64,000 nucleotides of DNA, taken from Isurus oxyrinchus (Eukaryota). The stretch spans positions 11,222,001-11,286,000 of the forward strand of contig JANJGN010000034.1 in the NCBI GenBank assembly GCA_026770705.1, written 5' to 3'. Made by a program: the position numbers and the translations under genes. Below, in pieces: positions 49,631 through 62,860 of the stretch. How positions within the stretch are numbered: the first letter of the stretch is position 1; the number at the start of each line of letters is the position of its first letter. The notes under the pieces were generated by a model. That model made no database searches. It saw only the letters and a list, made by a program, of their open reading frames with translations, and was not told the DNA's origin.

Positions 49631-52600
49631 GGAGATTGTATTATAAATTCCTGCTCAGAAATTCAGAATGCAAATTGTCCGTAAATTTGGCACCCCATTA
49701 CTGAGCAATCCGGTCACTGGGCTATACTGACAATTTGCTCAAGTTTCCGTTCACTTGAAAAGGTCATAAAATGTTAATCAGCCTCTCATTCCCAGTAAGT
49801 GAAATTTGGGATGTCGAAGTAACTAAGGAAACATTTTAAAATGCGTATATTCTGAGGTGTCATGATTGAATTGCTTAATTGAGCAGTTTTCTGTTGTGCT
49901 TCTTTGTTCAACTTTAATTCAACTTTTCTCAACAGCTCCCAAGTGCACGACTTGAATTTTCATTTTCCCCCATGTTGAAATCTTGGGAGATCACTTTGGA
50001 TTCTGCAATCTCTGATACCTAATTTCCCAATGAGCATCGACTCTACTCAATCAGAAAAAGTGATTGAATTAACAGGCAAACTGTGGTCTGACACACCACA
50101 CTGTACATTGAATGGCAAAGGCCTCCAAGAAAGATTCTGTGATTTTCCCATCAGCCCATCCAGTCGCCAATGACCACTGTGAGTCACAGTACCTCATTAA
50201 AACTCACTCTCTCACGAGCCACTTTAACTCTTCACTTCCGAAATCTAACCCCACAATTGCATCAAATGTTGCTCTGGCTCGGGCTGCCTCAATTACTGCT
50301 CACCTCCCAATGCTTCCACCTCTTCTCCTGAGTAGCTTTCATTCACAGGGTTGAAAACTCTGCAATCCGAACTCGAATTAATGGCATACCTCCAGCTTTT
50401 TTGCAGATGGCTAGTTTCACTAAATTGACACTGCTGTGCACTTCTACAAACTCCAGTCTCCCAGTTGCACTGAGCTATACAAGGTATCCAAGGCTTCTCT
50501 GAGCCTTAACTGCCTCGCACAGAACCAGTAAAATTCCACGACTTTCTGAGCTCCCAGTTCTTCTCTGAACCTTAACTGCCTGGAGTCTGCTAACAGCTCC
50601 CAGGCCCTGTGAGATGCAAACAACCCAAGACCCAAACTGCAACCAACCCTCTTGCCTAACCAACACATAGATAAATTGAAACTACAACACCTCCTCAATC
50701 TACCCCCATCTCCATGGCAACACAGACTTTCAGGTTTCACTGAACGATTTTAAACTAATTTAGCTCTAACCCCCTAAATAAAACATTTCTCTGGACTGCA
50801 CTTCTTTTCAAGCAGTGCAGACATCACGTTTCCAGTTCTCAGTTCAGTAAGCCCACAGCCGTTTTATAGCCTCATCCCTTATGCTTTTACTGTATGAAGA
50901 AAGCAGGGGTAAGCTTCATAACTGCAATTTTCTTTTAGGTGTTCTGGCAATCTCAGAATCCCAGCATTTTCGTTATCCTCAAATCACAAAAAAATCTTTT
51001 TTTCCAAAACGAAAAATTCCCTCTCGAATATTACATGGACTACGAGATAGATATTCAAAACCGTACCATGCATTATTTTTGTCAAATAAAGAAGCCTGGA
51101 ATCAGAAAGCCAAATTTCAACCAGATGTGCGCAGTCACTAAGAGGATCAACAAGCAGATCATCACAGTGCTAAAGCATCACTTCACTGCATCAACTGTTT
51201 AAAGGGTGCTCCGCAGTTCAGTTCTGATCATGTAAGATGATATGAGATTACATGCTGCATGATTTCTGGATAATGAGTGACCAGGCCTCACCATCACCTG
51301 AACCGAATAAAGCTCAAAATGCTGAGGACCTCAGTTACATATTTAGATTGCAGATGCTCTGCTTGCTCTCCTGGGAGACAAAAGATCTGATATCGCTAAC
51401 ATTATAGATAATCATAAATATCATGAAGGGTATGGGCAGAGTTTTTAGCGAGAGGCTGTTCCCTTTGATCGAGAAACACAGGGTACTGATTTATAGGTAA
51501 TGGGGAATGAGGAGACACTTCTTTCAGCAGTGGTTCGTAAGGATGCAGAATACACTGCCAGAGACTATGGTAGAGGCACATTCAGTCATGGCTTTAAAAA
51601 GACACTTGGACCAAAAAGGGAAACATATGAAGGCTTTTGGGAAAGGGCAGCGTAGTGGCACCAGTTGCAATGCTTTCACAGAGAGCTGGAACAGACATGG
51701 CGGGCCGAATGGTCTCCCTCTGTGCTACAAATATTCAATGATTCACGGAGGAAGTTCAACATGAATAGCAGGAACAGCAAGTACGGTATTAAGCAACACA
51801 TCCCCTTACGTACAATAGCTGTTAGTGAGAAAGTTGCCTAGCAGTATTTTATCTGAACCTCCATATAACAATGTTCTAACCTCCTCCCCAACCAGCCCCA
51901 CCCCCACCCCCACCCCCCTCACCTCCCGCAAAACCAAACTACATGCGTTGCAATATGGACAATCGATCTTGGTTAGTGCGTTTTTTTTCTTTCAATTCCA
52001 CCAATAACTAATGCCTTTGTTCACAAATCTCAAGCCGTGCAAAATTTGTTTCTAACTGCCTCTGTTGAACTGAAAGCTTTAATTTTCCTTGCACATCTAA
52101 TGCTTGAATGCGGTTAGTCAGAAGGAAGTCCAAATGTTGCAGCCATTGTGCGGCAAAAGTGGCTCTGCAAATAGATATTTTTCACTTCTCATTTCATTAT
52201 GGCACACTTCCGCGGACGGAGTAATAATTTGTCAGAGCCTTTCAGAATACTGAATTGCTCTCGGAAATTGGACCTTTCAAAATTGCATTCACTGGTCTTA
52301 TAATTATTGAGCGGGGAAGTATTGTTTCAGGAGTGGCTGACAGCAGTGCACAATCCAAAGGGAAGACTCATTAGACCATTCACTTTGACATTTATCATGC
52401 AGCTATGCGATTATCGCGATTTTGGAACCATGGTTTTTTAACTGCGGTGAAAGGAATTGCTCTAAAATCAGGCAAAGTAAGCATCACATTTGGGCAGCAA
52501 CATTATTCGTTTCCTGGGACTTTGCATGTGGATAGAAACAACACAGAATCATTTGAAGCCAGTTTTCAGTCCCTCGTGTTTTGTGCAACAATGTCCGGAG

Positions 52601-53189
52601 TGGCCAAATTAACTGAAGGGCAGGAGATGGTGACTGGGGTATATACACGTTGAAGAGTTTTCTGCTCGTAAATATTGAAAAGAATAGAACTTGCCTAAGG
52701 AAGATGGAGACGGCAAAATAGCCAATATGCCGTAAAGTGCAATAACACAAGTGCAGGAAAATGTGGGGCATATGGTTTACCATTGTTTAGAAAATGTTTT
52801 CAGGAGCGATGAAATGTTACACGTAGAATTTACGCTCTTAATAGGTAATTTGGCTCATCTGGGCCATGTCAACTTCCATTGTCCGAATGAAAGCCCTCCC
52901 ACCCTTTATCACCTAAACCTTATCAACAATCTCCACCATATACTTGACCAGCTTCTCCCAACGTTAATCGACGCTACTTGATTCAACACTCCCTGTTGCC
53001 AAGTCCCATATTCTACGCATTCTCTAGTTCTACAGCTTTGACCTGAATTTCTTCTATCTTCGGGCACCGTGCCCCAAGAAACGGGTTGGCGACCATGGAT
53101 TTGAACGAATCACATTGTTTCTCAATGTGCTGCAGTGGTTTGCCATTGTCTTCTGCAACATGGCTCAACAAGACAGTCTCCCGCTCTGA

Positions 53190-53350
53190 CGGACTGCTGT
53201 GTGGCGTGTTGGAAAGGGTTAACAGGATACTAATCAACCCGCCTACCCACCATATCAACACACCTACTATTGCCATCAAAACCTGGAGTGAGATTTGGAC
53301 CAGGGCCTCCTGGCTCAGAGGCAGGGGCACTTACGAGCATGCAACAAGAC
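53190..53350 (-). mobile_element. tRNA-derived SINE head, decayed
   Basis: GTCTTGTTGCA....GTAAGTGCCCCTGCCTCTGAGCCAGGAGGCCCTGGTCCAAATCTCACTCCAG has A/B-box-like spacing. Confidence 0.45.
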
Positions 53351-55204
53351 TTTCCCTCTAATTGAAAAATGGGTGTATTTGTTTCGATTTTATACTTAGG
53401 GCTCCAATATTTCATTGTACCTCAATTGGAAGCATATTCTCCAGGTTTACCCTTTCAAATGCCTTCAACATTTTAAGGACCTCAGGAAAGAGCTGCGGCC
53501 TGTTTAGCCTTTCTTGATATTTAACACCTCTCAGTTTTGGTATCTTACTAGTAAATTCTGCACATTACAGTCTTAGGATATAAATCTGTAATTCCTTTGT
53601 TAGGAAAAGTAGTGACAGCTACGCAAGTCCAACAATTATCCATGTTTCGAATTCTGGCAATTATTAAAGTTGCTGATGTCATCATTCAGGGAAGGACTGA
53701 AATGGTCACCTCTTTAAAGTGCAGATGGCGCATTGCAGCATAGATTACAAAGAAGTGACACTGAAAGTTCAGACTCAAGTCGTTCATCCTTTCAGGGGAA
53801 CTTGACAGGTTCAGGGGAAGTGCTCCAACTGCTGACTTATCAAGGTGAAACCTCAGGGCCAAAGGAAAGAAAGAAGACATGGAGGGAAAGAGCAACCTCC
53901 TGTATCTGAGACAACATGTTCCTTAAGCAGGGGCCCACAACAAATTAAAACACTTAAACCAACCGAAAGCAGGAGGCACCAGTTGATTTATGTTCTGCTT
54001 CCCAAAATTGTTCATTTTAGTGCTGTCAATATAACACCTTGCAGAGACAAACTTTGCATTGAAGCAGAGACAGGTTTAGTGTTTGTGAGAAAGAGGCAAC
54101 GAGACAAAGCGAAAGAGAAACAGAGAGTCTCATTGTGGTAGAGATATGGACAGAGTGAGAGATAGGGAGGGAGTGGCAGAGAGATGTACTAAGTGAAAAA
54201 TTATGAAAGGTTGCCGGGGGTGCAGGGGGCGCACAAAGAAAGGGAAAGGGAAGGGAGTCAAACTGTTAGGGAAAACTAAATATATTTGTTGATTATACGT
54301 AAGTCTCGAGACAGCCATTACTGCTAAACATATTAACAGTTGAACGTTACCAGGTGGACATTGCACAGCTTTGGCAGCCAGGCTGGAGGTAAAGGTTGGC
54401 ATAAATTAGATTAAGTGCTCCTCTCTCAGATAGGGAAGCAACAAAATGTTGTTTGCTTAGATATGGGAAGATAAACAATGGACAAAGAGGGGGCTTTAAT
54501 GAAACACAAACAGTCTTGAGTTACAAGAATCAAGGTTCTTGTGCCTTAATTCTGATTGGATAGTAAATATATATATACATGTTTTAGAATAATTGCATAG
54601 GAAAATCGCATGTTCATGCACTCAATAGGTTAGAGATAGGATGGAAACAATGTGGTGGTTACCAATTGGATGTCTTCAAATGAACTCAAATGTATTATAT
54701 AAAAAAAAGTACAAAAGCAATGAATTGTAATCAATCTGGGAACTGGGTTTCCATTCTTAGAAATGGTTGCGGCCCTCTTGCATATGCTTGAATAAAGCCA
54801 GTTAAATGAAGCCTGAGTCTCATGTGGTCATTGCGGAATCAGAGTGCAACATCCCCTCTTCACAAAAAAAACAAGAGAGGCAAATGGATAATTGGATTCA
54901 TTGAAATGAGGGACGGAGGGTACAGTTCTTGCTCAAACCAGTTATTTGTTAAGGTAGAATTTCTCCTGCAGCAACGTCAGTCTCCTCCCTTATATTCTTT
55001 CCGTTCTCCATTGATTACATTGTACTTGGAGGACGGAGGCACTATTTGAAAGAGGCTCATTGTCATTCATAAGGCCGGAGAAAATGTATCCAGATCGCGC
55101 TTTGCTGTATCTAACAAGATTTATGCTCCAAATACCTTAAGTTTTCTTTAAAGTTTCTTTGAGATCTTCTAACAGCTATAAATAATCGGGAAACATTTAC
55201 TCAT

Positions 55205-56095
55205 TTTTTTTCAATTCATCCATGGGGTGTGAATTTCGCTGACTGGGCCATCACTTAATGCCCATCGCTAGTTGCCATTCAGATGGTGGTGGTGAGATGA
55301 TTTTTTGAACCGCTGCAGTCCCTGTGGCGTAGGTACACCCACAGTGCTGTTAGGGAGGGACTTCCAAGATTTTGACTCAGCGACAGTGAAGGAACGGCCG
55401 ATATATTTTGAAGTCAGGATAGTGAGTGGCTTGGAGAGGAACTTCCAGGTGGTGGTGCTCCCATGTGTCTTCTGCTCTTGTCCTTCTAGATGGTAGTGGT
55501 TGTGTGTATGGAAGTTGCTGTCCAAGGAACCTTGTGAATTCCTACAGTGCAATTTGTAGATTGTACACATTTCTGCTACTGTGCGTCAGTGGTGGAGGGA
55601 ATGAATGTTTGTGCATGAGGTGCCAATCAATCTGGCTGCTTTGTCCTGGATGGTGTCAAGCTTCTTGAGTGTTGTAAGAGCTGCACTCATCCAGGCAAGT
55701 GCAGAGTATTCCATCATACTCCTGACATGTGCCTTGTACATGGTGGACATGTTTTGGTGAGTCAGGAGGTGAGTTACTCGTCGCAGGATTCCTGGCCTCT
55801 GACCCGGTTCTTGTAGCCACAGTATTTATATGGCTAGTCCAGTTCAGTTTCTGGTCAATGGCAACTCGCAGGGCGTTGATTTTTAGGGAATCTGTGATGG
55901 TAATGCCATTGAACATCAAGGGCGATGGTTCTATTTTCTATTTCTGGAGATGGTCATTGGCTGATATTTGTATGGTGCGAATGTTCTCTGCTATTTGTCA
56001 TCCCAAGCCAGGATATTGTGCAGGTCTGGTTGCATTTGGACATGGACTGTTTCAGCATCTGTGGAATCGCGATTGGTGCTGCGCATCATGCAATC
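55205..56095 (-). mobile_element. CR1/L2-group LINE 3' ~0.9 kb
   Basis: FNGITIT.S..IN.L.V.IDQKLNWTSHINTVATR; same family as 2420-2935. Confidence 0.85.
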
Positions 56096-57414
56096 AAGTG
56101 GAGATCATACATATTTTACGACCATTCATGGATTCTGTGCCCTATTTAATAGTTCATTACGTCTCACTGTCTCCTATGCTCAGAATCCCAGTCGTTAAAC
56201 CCCATAGCATAAATTCATGAAACCTGCACCCTTATATCACATAAGTACATATTTCTATACATATTTTAACAAACTCATGAAAATTTATGAATGGATATAT
56301 TCGAGACCTGGAGATAATAATCTTTATCCAACATAGGCATAATGGGTCAATAACAATGCATGGTGTAGGGTGTGGCAGATGCCGAGGTTTATCTGTGAGT
56401 TTAAGTTTCACAAGTTGGAGGATTTGAGACTGTAGTGGAGAGGAAATGAGCTTACCAACGGAATTTGTGGTGGAATTTGGCACCGGTTACAGCCTTGCAA
56501 CAATTGCTGGGAAAGTGGGAATCTAAAGGGTACATAACTGTCCACCTGAAGGTGATCCATTTATCCTGACTCTCGGCTTCTTGGCCAATGGCCTTCATCT
56601 CCCTACTGCTTCACTAAAGGAAGCTGCATCTCATTCATGATTTGATGTTCAACAAGCAATGTGACATCATAATTATAGGAGAGAGTCGTGGCGGTTGGCA
56701 TAGATGGAGAGATGGATGTTTAGACCGAATATGTGAAAACAGATTTGATATCAAGGAATTTTGCCTCCAGAAGATAACAGGTAGATGAGGAAAAGTTGCA
56801 CAGGAATAGTTCAGTGGTTTAACTGAAAGGCAATAGATGGAGACGAATGACATTTCTGCAAGATCTCTACCTTGATTTGGATCGCTTCGAGTAAAGTAAG
56901 GAATAGCAGTCCCACTGAGTTCGAAACTTAAGAATGATAGTTTTGTTGACTATGCTGAAGAATGCAAACTGGTCGCAGAACCATAGAGGGCGCTCCATGA
57001 CCAGGGAAAGACAGCTCGTTCTGCATCTGCCCAGGGCAGCTTCAGTGTTGCAGTCGGGATGCAAGCTGCAGCAGAGCGACATAATTTTGGAGTCGGCATA
57101 AGTATACAAGGGTGTGACAAGTGTAACCATGTTCGGCATCTCTAGAGAGGAATGGGAATATCAATATGGGTGCTAGATGGCAGCTGCGGGGGAGGGATAT
57201 TGGGGTTTTCTTGTGGGAAGGTATTGTTAACGTCAGTGTTGAAAATTAGAACATCCAAACTTAATAATGTTAAACTGGCAGCTGGAGCGAACTAAAGTGG
57301 CCGGAAAGGAATATGAGTAGGTGGTGAGACTCACTGATGTGATGACTTACAACAAGGAGCGATGTGAAATCTAACAGGAACTTCAAGGTAAGGATAAAGG
57401 CAAAGCATCGGGAG

Positions 57415-57552
57415 TAAAGGCAAAATACTACGGTTGCTGGGAACTTGAAGCAATCTCAAACAATGCTGGAAAAAAGCAGGAGGTCTGAAAGCATCTGTGG
57501 AGAGAGAGACCGAGTTAACTTTTCGAGTCCATGTTACTCTATTTCAGATCTA
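57415..57552. mobile_element. Older Penelope-like pLTR fragment
   Basis: AAAGGCAAAATACTACGGTTGCTGG...GAGTTAACTTTTCGAGTCC; flanked by AGCAT(C)GGGAGT direct repeats. Confidence 0.65.
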
Positions 57553-58969
57553 GTAGCATGGGGAGTGTTTGGCTCCGTGGAAAAGGATAAGTGGGTTGAA
57601 ACAGCCGTCAGTGAAACCAATGGTCGAAACATTTGTGACCAACATGAACTCCTCGAACTTGTAATTAGCATACAAATTTCGAAGGCTGTTGTTTCCAGCA
57701 CAATTTGATTCCTAAAATGTCATGAATCAGTCAAATTGTCTCTTAACCATTGGTTTCATGAAGGAATAATTGCGGTTTGCTCTTCCATGTCAATATTTGT
57801 GAAACTCTGAATGCTACTCGATTGCACAATGAATTCACCTGTCTGAACTCTTACATTCCAGAATACTTCTGCCCATCCAACGCCCCGCTGGGTTCTGTCA
57901 CATTTCCTCTATTGGAACAAAGAATTCATTTATCAATCACACAATGCTGAGTGCGGTGAGACCCAGCAGACTGACACAGCAGGGTTAATATTTGATTAAG
58001 TTTGCATTTTGGACGATGAACGATTGCATATTTAAAACAGTAGTGAAAATCTATTTAAATAAAAGAACGTCCATGAATATTCCGGCTTTCCTTTCATACC
58101 CAACAATTAATTCATTTTGCTTCCTTTTTTTTTAGTTTCCAGTTCCTTCTTTCACTCATTCGGAAGTTGCAACTTCCCTAAAATTTTTCCTGTATTTTTT
58201 TGAAGGGGCTAAGAATGTAGTTCATGTTTTACTTCCTCGGGAACTTTCACACAAGCTATTAATCCCTTAAGGAGAGCTGACAGTTTCATTTCATCTCAAG
58301 CTGCATTAAACATCACAACAATGGTTAAAAAAAAGCTATTTCACTGCATCATTACCATGCGCCAAAATTTGTCTTGCTCCATTTGCCAATAAATGTGCAG
58401 TTCAGCAAAGATCCATTTTGTTCTTAGTTACTTCCAAGACTGAATTTGCACAAACGGCAGCTAAAATCCACATGCAAATGCGTTTGCAGTTTATTCTGAA
58501 CTCATCTGTTTCATGATTTCCCTATGGTGGAAACACTAAATTCTGAAACAAATTAGACAGGCTTCTCAAAGCCTATTTAGGGACCTATGTTCCGGTCCCT
58601 CAACTTAAAAGTCTCAATTATTGTGGGGTGAGGAGGGGATGTGGGGGTGGGGGTGTGGGCGGAGGGCTGGAGAGGGAGTCGGGGAGGCGTGGGGTGCAAA
58701 TGTTGGTTTGAAAAAGTTCAGTTCAGCCACACAGGCATTAGTTGTCATGAGAACAAGAACTTCAAAATCAATGAATTGATGTAAATATACAGATTAAGGC
58801 AATGGCCATAAACTATGGCGATGTTCTTCAATGTGGGAAGATGTGAGGCTGTCTCGAGGGTTCAGGGAAAGAAAGAAATGGCTTACTTTACAAAATTCGA
58901 GGGACATGTGGACAGAAAAAAAGCCATTCAGTCCCGCAGACCTGTTTCACCATTCAATGGGAGCATGGT

Positions 58970-59310
58970 GCATTTAGTCATAGAGTTTTACAGACAGAAA
59001 AGAGGCCCTTGGGCCCATCTTGCCCACGCCAGCCATCAAGCTCCTCTATAATCTAATCCCATTTTCCAGCACTTGGCCCGTAGCCTTGTGTGCTGTGACG
59101 TTTGAAGTATTCATCTAAATACTTCTGAAATGTTCATAGAGTTCCTCCATCTACCAGCCTCTCAGGCAGTGAGTTCCAGGTATCCTCCAACCTCTGGTGA
59201 TATTTTTCCCTCAAATTCCCTCTAAATCTCCTGCCCTTTACCTTACACCCTTGGCCGATGGTTATTGACCCTTCCACTAAGGGCAAAGGTTTATTCCTGT
59301 CTCGCCTATC
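58970..59310 (-). mobile_element. CR1 3' fragment
   Basis: PLVEGSIT.GQG.KVKGRRFRG.LR...QR....WNSLPER.V. Confidence 0.8.
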
Positions 59311-60385
59311 AGCGTCTAGATAATATGTTAGCTTAGGGCAGTAGAAGCTCCTGCATGAATGTTGGAAATGATGAAAGTCAAAAAAGAAATGAACTCTCCT
59401 GAAACCAATTCCACGAATACTGGCCAAGGAAATGAAAGGAGTTTGCTTTGGAATGAAGAGCATATAAGAGCTTTTATATTAGAGTTTCAGTTATGTCATG
59501 ATTTTGTGCCTTATTCAATGGTCGCCGCCAGTTTGGATGCAAATTCATGGTCCAGTCGCCTTTCTGATAACATGTCCTGTTCCGCACTGCCTTCCCTTGT
59601 CCTCTCCCACACACCAATATCCAAATGGAACGCTGTCCCCTCCCCTACTCCCATTACCAGTGAACTCCATAGCTCCCATCACCAGACCCTTCTGCACTGA
59701 TCTCACCAGTCCCTCTGACACTCATATCACATAGCCTGCACCACACTCCAGCCTTAGTGTCACTTCCTCGCTCCTCTCAGAATTCCGTCCACAAAACTCA
59801 TCCCCCTTGACTAGTCTGCACAGTCCTGTCACCCACTCCGGTCACTTTTTCACATCCCCAGTCTAATCAACTTACACCTCTCCCACTCTGATCCCTTTAG
59901 GATCTCACAAGCAGGAAGCTAATGGGAGATAGCTGCCAACAAGAAAGAAGCGTGAATTAGAGAGTGGACTTGTAGGCTTGCTTGGTGTCTCACCAAGAGG
60001 TGTGGAAGTTTGTGTGGTTGAGCATATAGCATTTATTGTTAACACACAACTATTTACATATCTCCAAGGTATAGCCCAAGGTATAGCTGTTTTCATGCTG
60101 ACTGCTCTCAGACTCTCTACACACTGTATACTATCATGTGACACTCTACATCACAATCTGGGCAGTATTGCTCTCCAGTCCCATATTAACTCCTGCATGT
60201 CCAACTACACTTATACTATATTGACTTCGTCAATGTTCATGAGTGACATTGGGTGCACAGCTCTGGATGGGCAGTTATCAGACTCAGCAGCCTCCCTGCA
60301 CTCCTCCTGTCCTCCCCATGCATAAACCGCATTGCTGATTGTGGTGTCTTCGCGCAAGCGCAGAGCGAAGCGCCATATCACTCGC

Positions 60386-61201
60386 CAGGGAAATGCTTTC
60401 GCTTGTTTGCGCTCTTGTGGGCGCAGTGTAATCTCCACCGTCCCACACTGTCAAGGGCTTCAGTAGGAGTGATCCGTTAGACAGGAACAAGGCTGTATTC
60501 AATTGTATTTTTTTAATTGTGAAGCTGGACGGACCATTCCACACCAAGAATTTTGTCTTCCCGAAGTACCACGACCAACCCTTCACACCATCTGAGAGTT
60601 TAACTGAAAGAAGAATGCATTTCCTCCGACGGTCCCATTAATCCGATTGTTTCCTGTCAGAGACAGTAAAACCCTGGGGCACAGATGAGGAAAATAAACC
60701 CGTAATGAGAAAGGCGGTCACACTCGGCACATCGTTGGCTTTTCTGTAACGATGTTGTTAGTGTAATCTCCACTGTCCGAACCTGTCACTGAATTCAGCA
60801 GGAGGGACCCGTAAGGGAGGAATAACTCAGCACGTTCATAGCATGCAATAGTTCTAGCAGAGCCTGCATAAAGCCACTTCGCGATACTTTTGTCCCCGAA
60901 TTGCCATCTCCCATTCCGCACCACAGCTGACGGCTCCACCCGAAAAATCTACAGCGTTTCCTCCCACGGTCGCATTAGTCCGACTGTGTACTGAGGAGGG
61001 AAATCCAAAGTAATAAAAGCGGTCAAACCCCACACAGCATACACTTTTCGAAAGTGATAATAATAACATCCACTGATTTGCCCTGAGAATCTCGTGCTCT
61101 CATTCTTCTCCAAACCTTAGCAAGAGTGATACGAGAAAGTGATCCTCACCCACAGGTATCAATAAATCAACATGTCCCGCGCAAAGTGTCAGTCTCCACA
61201 T
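60386..61201 (-). pseudogene. CEACAM-like pseudogene C 5' half: signal exon 61150-61201, IgV-1 ~60745-60990, IgV-2 60386-60684
   Basis: MWRLTLCAGHVDLLIPV|gtgagg; NATVGGNA/fs/VEPSAVVRNGRWQFGDKSIAKW..LPYGSLLLNSVTGSDSGDYT; second V WSWYFG..LFLSNGSLLLKPLTVWDGGDYT with frameshifts, CAT acceptor and GC donor. Confidence 0.88.
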
Positions 61202-61951
61202 CCCGAGAGAAACGCGCTATTCCCTATTACACTCGGTGACCGATCCGCTCTCCCGGTGTGCAGGGCAGATCAATTTAATCGTTTACTGAAGTAGCAATAC
61301 TGATTGGACCGTGCCTTGTTCATCTGTGCAGAAACTCATTCACAGATGCTGAACATTTATGCACTGGGCATGGTTGACATCCGAAGAAAATGCATTTTTA
61401 TTGGGCCCAGTGCTGGTCACTTGCCTGGCATCTCATTCTACAGAGAGGGAGCTGCTATAATCCAGTAATATATTCGAAATATTGATGCGCGTGGCGTTTC
61501 TTTTAGTGCTCAGTCGCTATTTTTTGTTTTGGCAGAGTAACATTGGAGAGTGGGTGCAGACACGATGGAGCGAATGTCCTCCTTCTGTACCGTTAAAACT
61601 CCATGATTCTGTGACTGAGATATTCATTCAAGAACAGAAAGTTACGACCTTCCCGACTAATGCACTAAGGAACCTCCATGAGCTGCTTATATCCCCCCAG
61701 ATTACTGCGATCCTCCAATTCCCATCTCTGGTACATCCCAGATTTTAAGCACTCTACAATGGTGAACCTGCTGCTCAGTTCCCTCAGTCCTAATCTCTGG
61801 GAATCTGCTCCCGAACTTTTCCACCTCTCTACCTCTAAGTACTCAAGACCCTCCCTAAAACCTTCCCCTTTGACCAATGTTTTAGACAACTGTCCTAATG
61901 TCTTCTGCTTTTGCCCGGGTTCAAAATTGATTACGTAACAGGACTACGGAC

Positions 61952-62860
61952 TGCTACGACCGAAGCCGATGTAATTTACTGAGCAAACCAAACCCCAGTG
62001 AGAAATTTGTATGACTAATGATAAACTTTTTAACGAGGGAAAAGACTGCTGATCCCAGAAGCATATAATACCAGTAATACTTCTATTACTTAAAGATTTC
62101 AAATACTATTAACAACAACACAAAAAACCTTAAGCACACAAGATTAAAGTTGCAGAGTTAAAACAGTTTTACAAAACATCCTTTTTTCCACCACCCCCAA
62201 AAGCACCCGCTTCGTCAGAACACTCAAGTGAACTCCTTGGCAACAGCTCCCATATAGATTTAAACTATTAAAATCCTTTGCTATTACCCAATCCATAAAC
62301 AGCTGTCATGTTAGTAAAGGGACATGACAAGACTTCTCAATCTCTTCCATTGCTGGGAAATCCAATAATGTTCAGGAAACAAACTGTTGTCTGAGATAAA
62401 GACTTTTCTGGTCCCACTGGCTGATTGTTTCAGGTTTCACAGCTTTTCTCAGCAGAGTTGGTCTCAGGGCTTACACCCAACAAACCCTTCCCCATACACA
62501 TAGCCACGACTACTCATCTAAACATGTTTCCTTAAATATCTTATTTTTACCTTTCATCTTAGCTCTCATTGTTCTCAAAGGCCTCTTTGAACTCATTTTT
62601 TTCCAAACTATGAAAATTTTTCATGTTTACCTATTGCCTCTACTTTCGTGTCAAATATAATTGAGTAGTTTACCCTTGTTTGCTTATGAACTCTTTGTAA
62701 ACTGTTAAAGTCCCTTTTCACTTCTTTGAAATCCAACAGCTGATAAGTCAAGACGCGATGTATCTCATAATGCAAATTGTAAATCCACTTCACTAGCGTA
62801 TTCAAATGTGAGACATGTCCTGCTGGTTTCTCAAGTCCCAGTTCACTTTCCTGTAACGAC
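61952..62860. mobile_element. Possible solo LTR (truncated paralog from 38479)
   Basis: Begins TG(C/T)TACGACC and ends near TGTAACGACA; non-coding; no TSD verified. Confidence 0.3.

Larger units (their letters stand above)
51400..58530 (+). repeat. Older segmental duplication of the gene A upstream region (7560-8040 and 10370-18150), with different TE insertions in each copy
   Basis: Collinear anchors: 10536/52106, 14120/52770, 15100/53610, 15900/56520, 16620/57310, 17370/57790, 17930/58340. Confidence 0.8.

Noticed and set aside
55729-56220. 163-aa ORF with a hydrophobic stretch
   Set aside because: Antisense of a LINE ORF2 fragment
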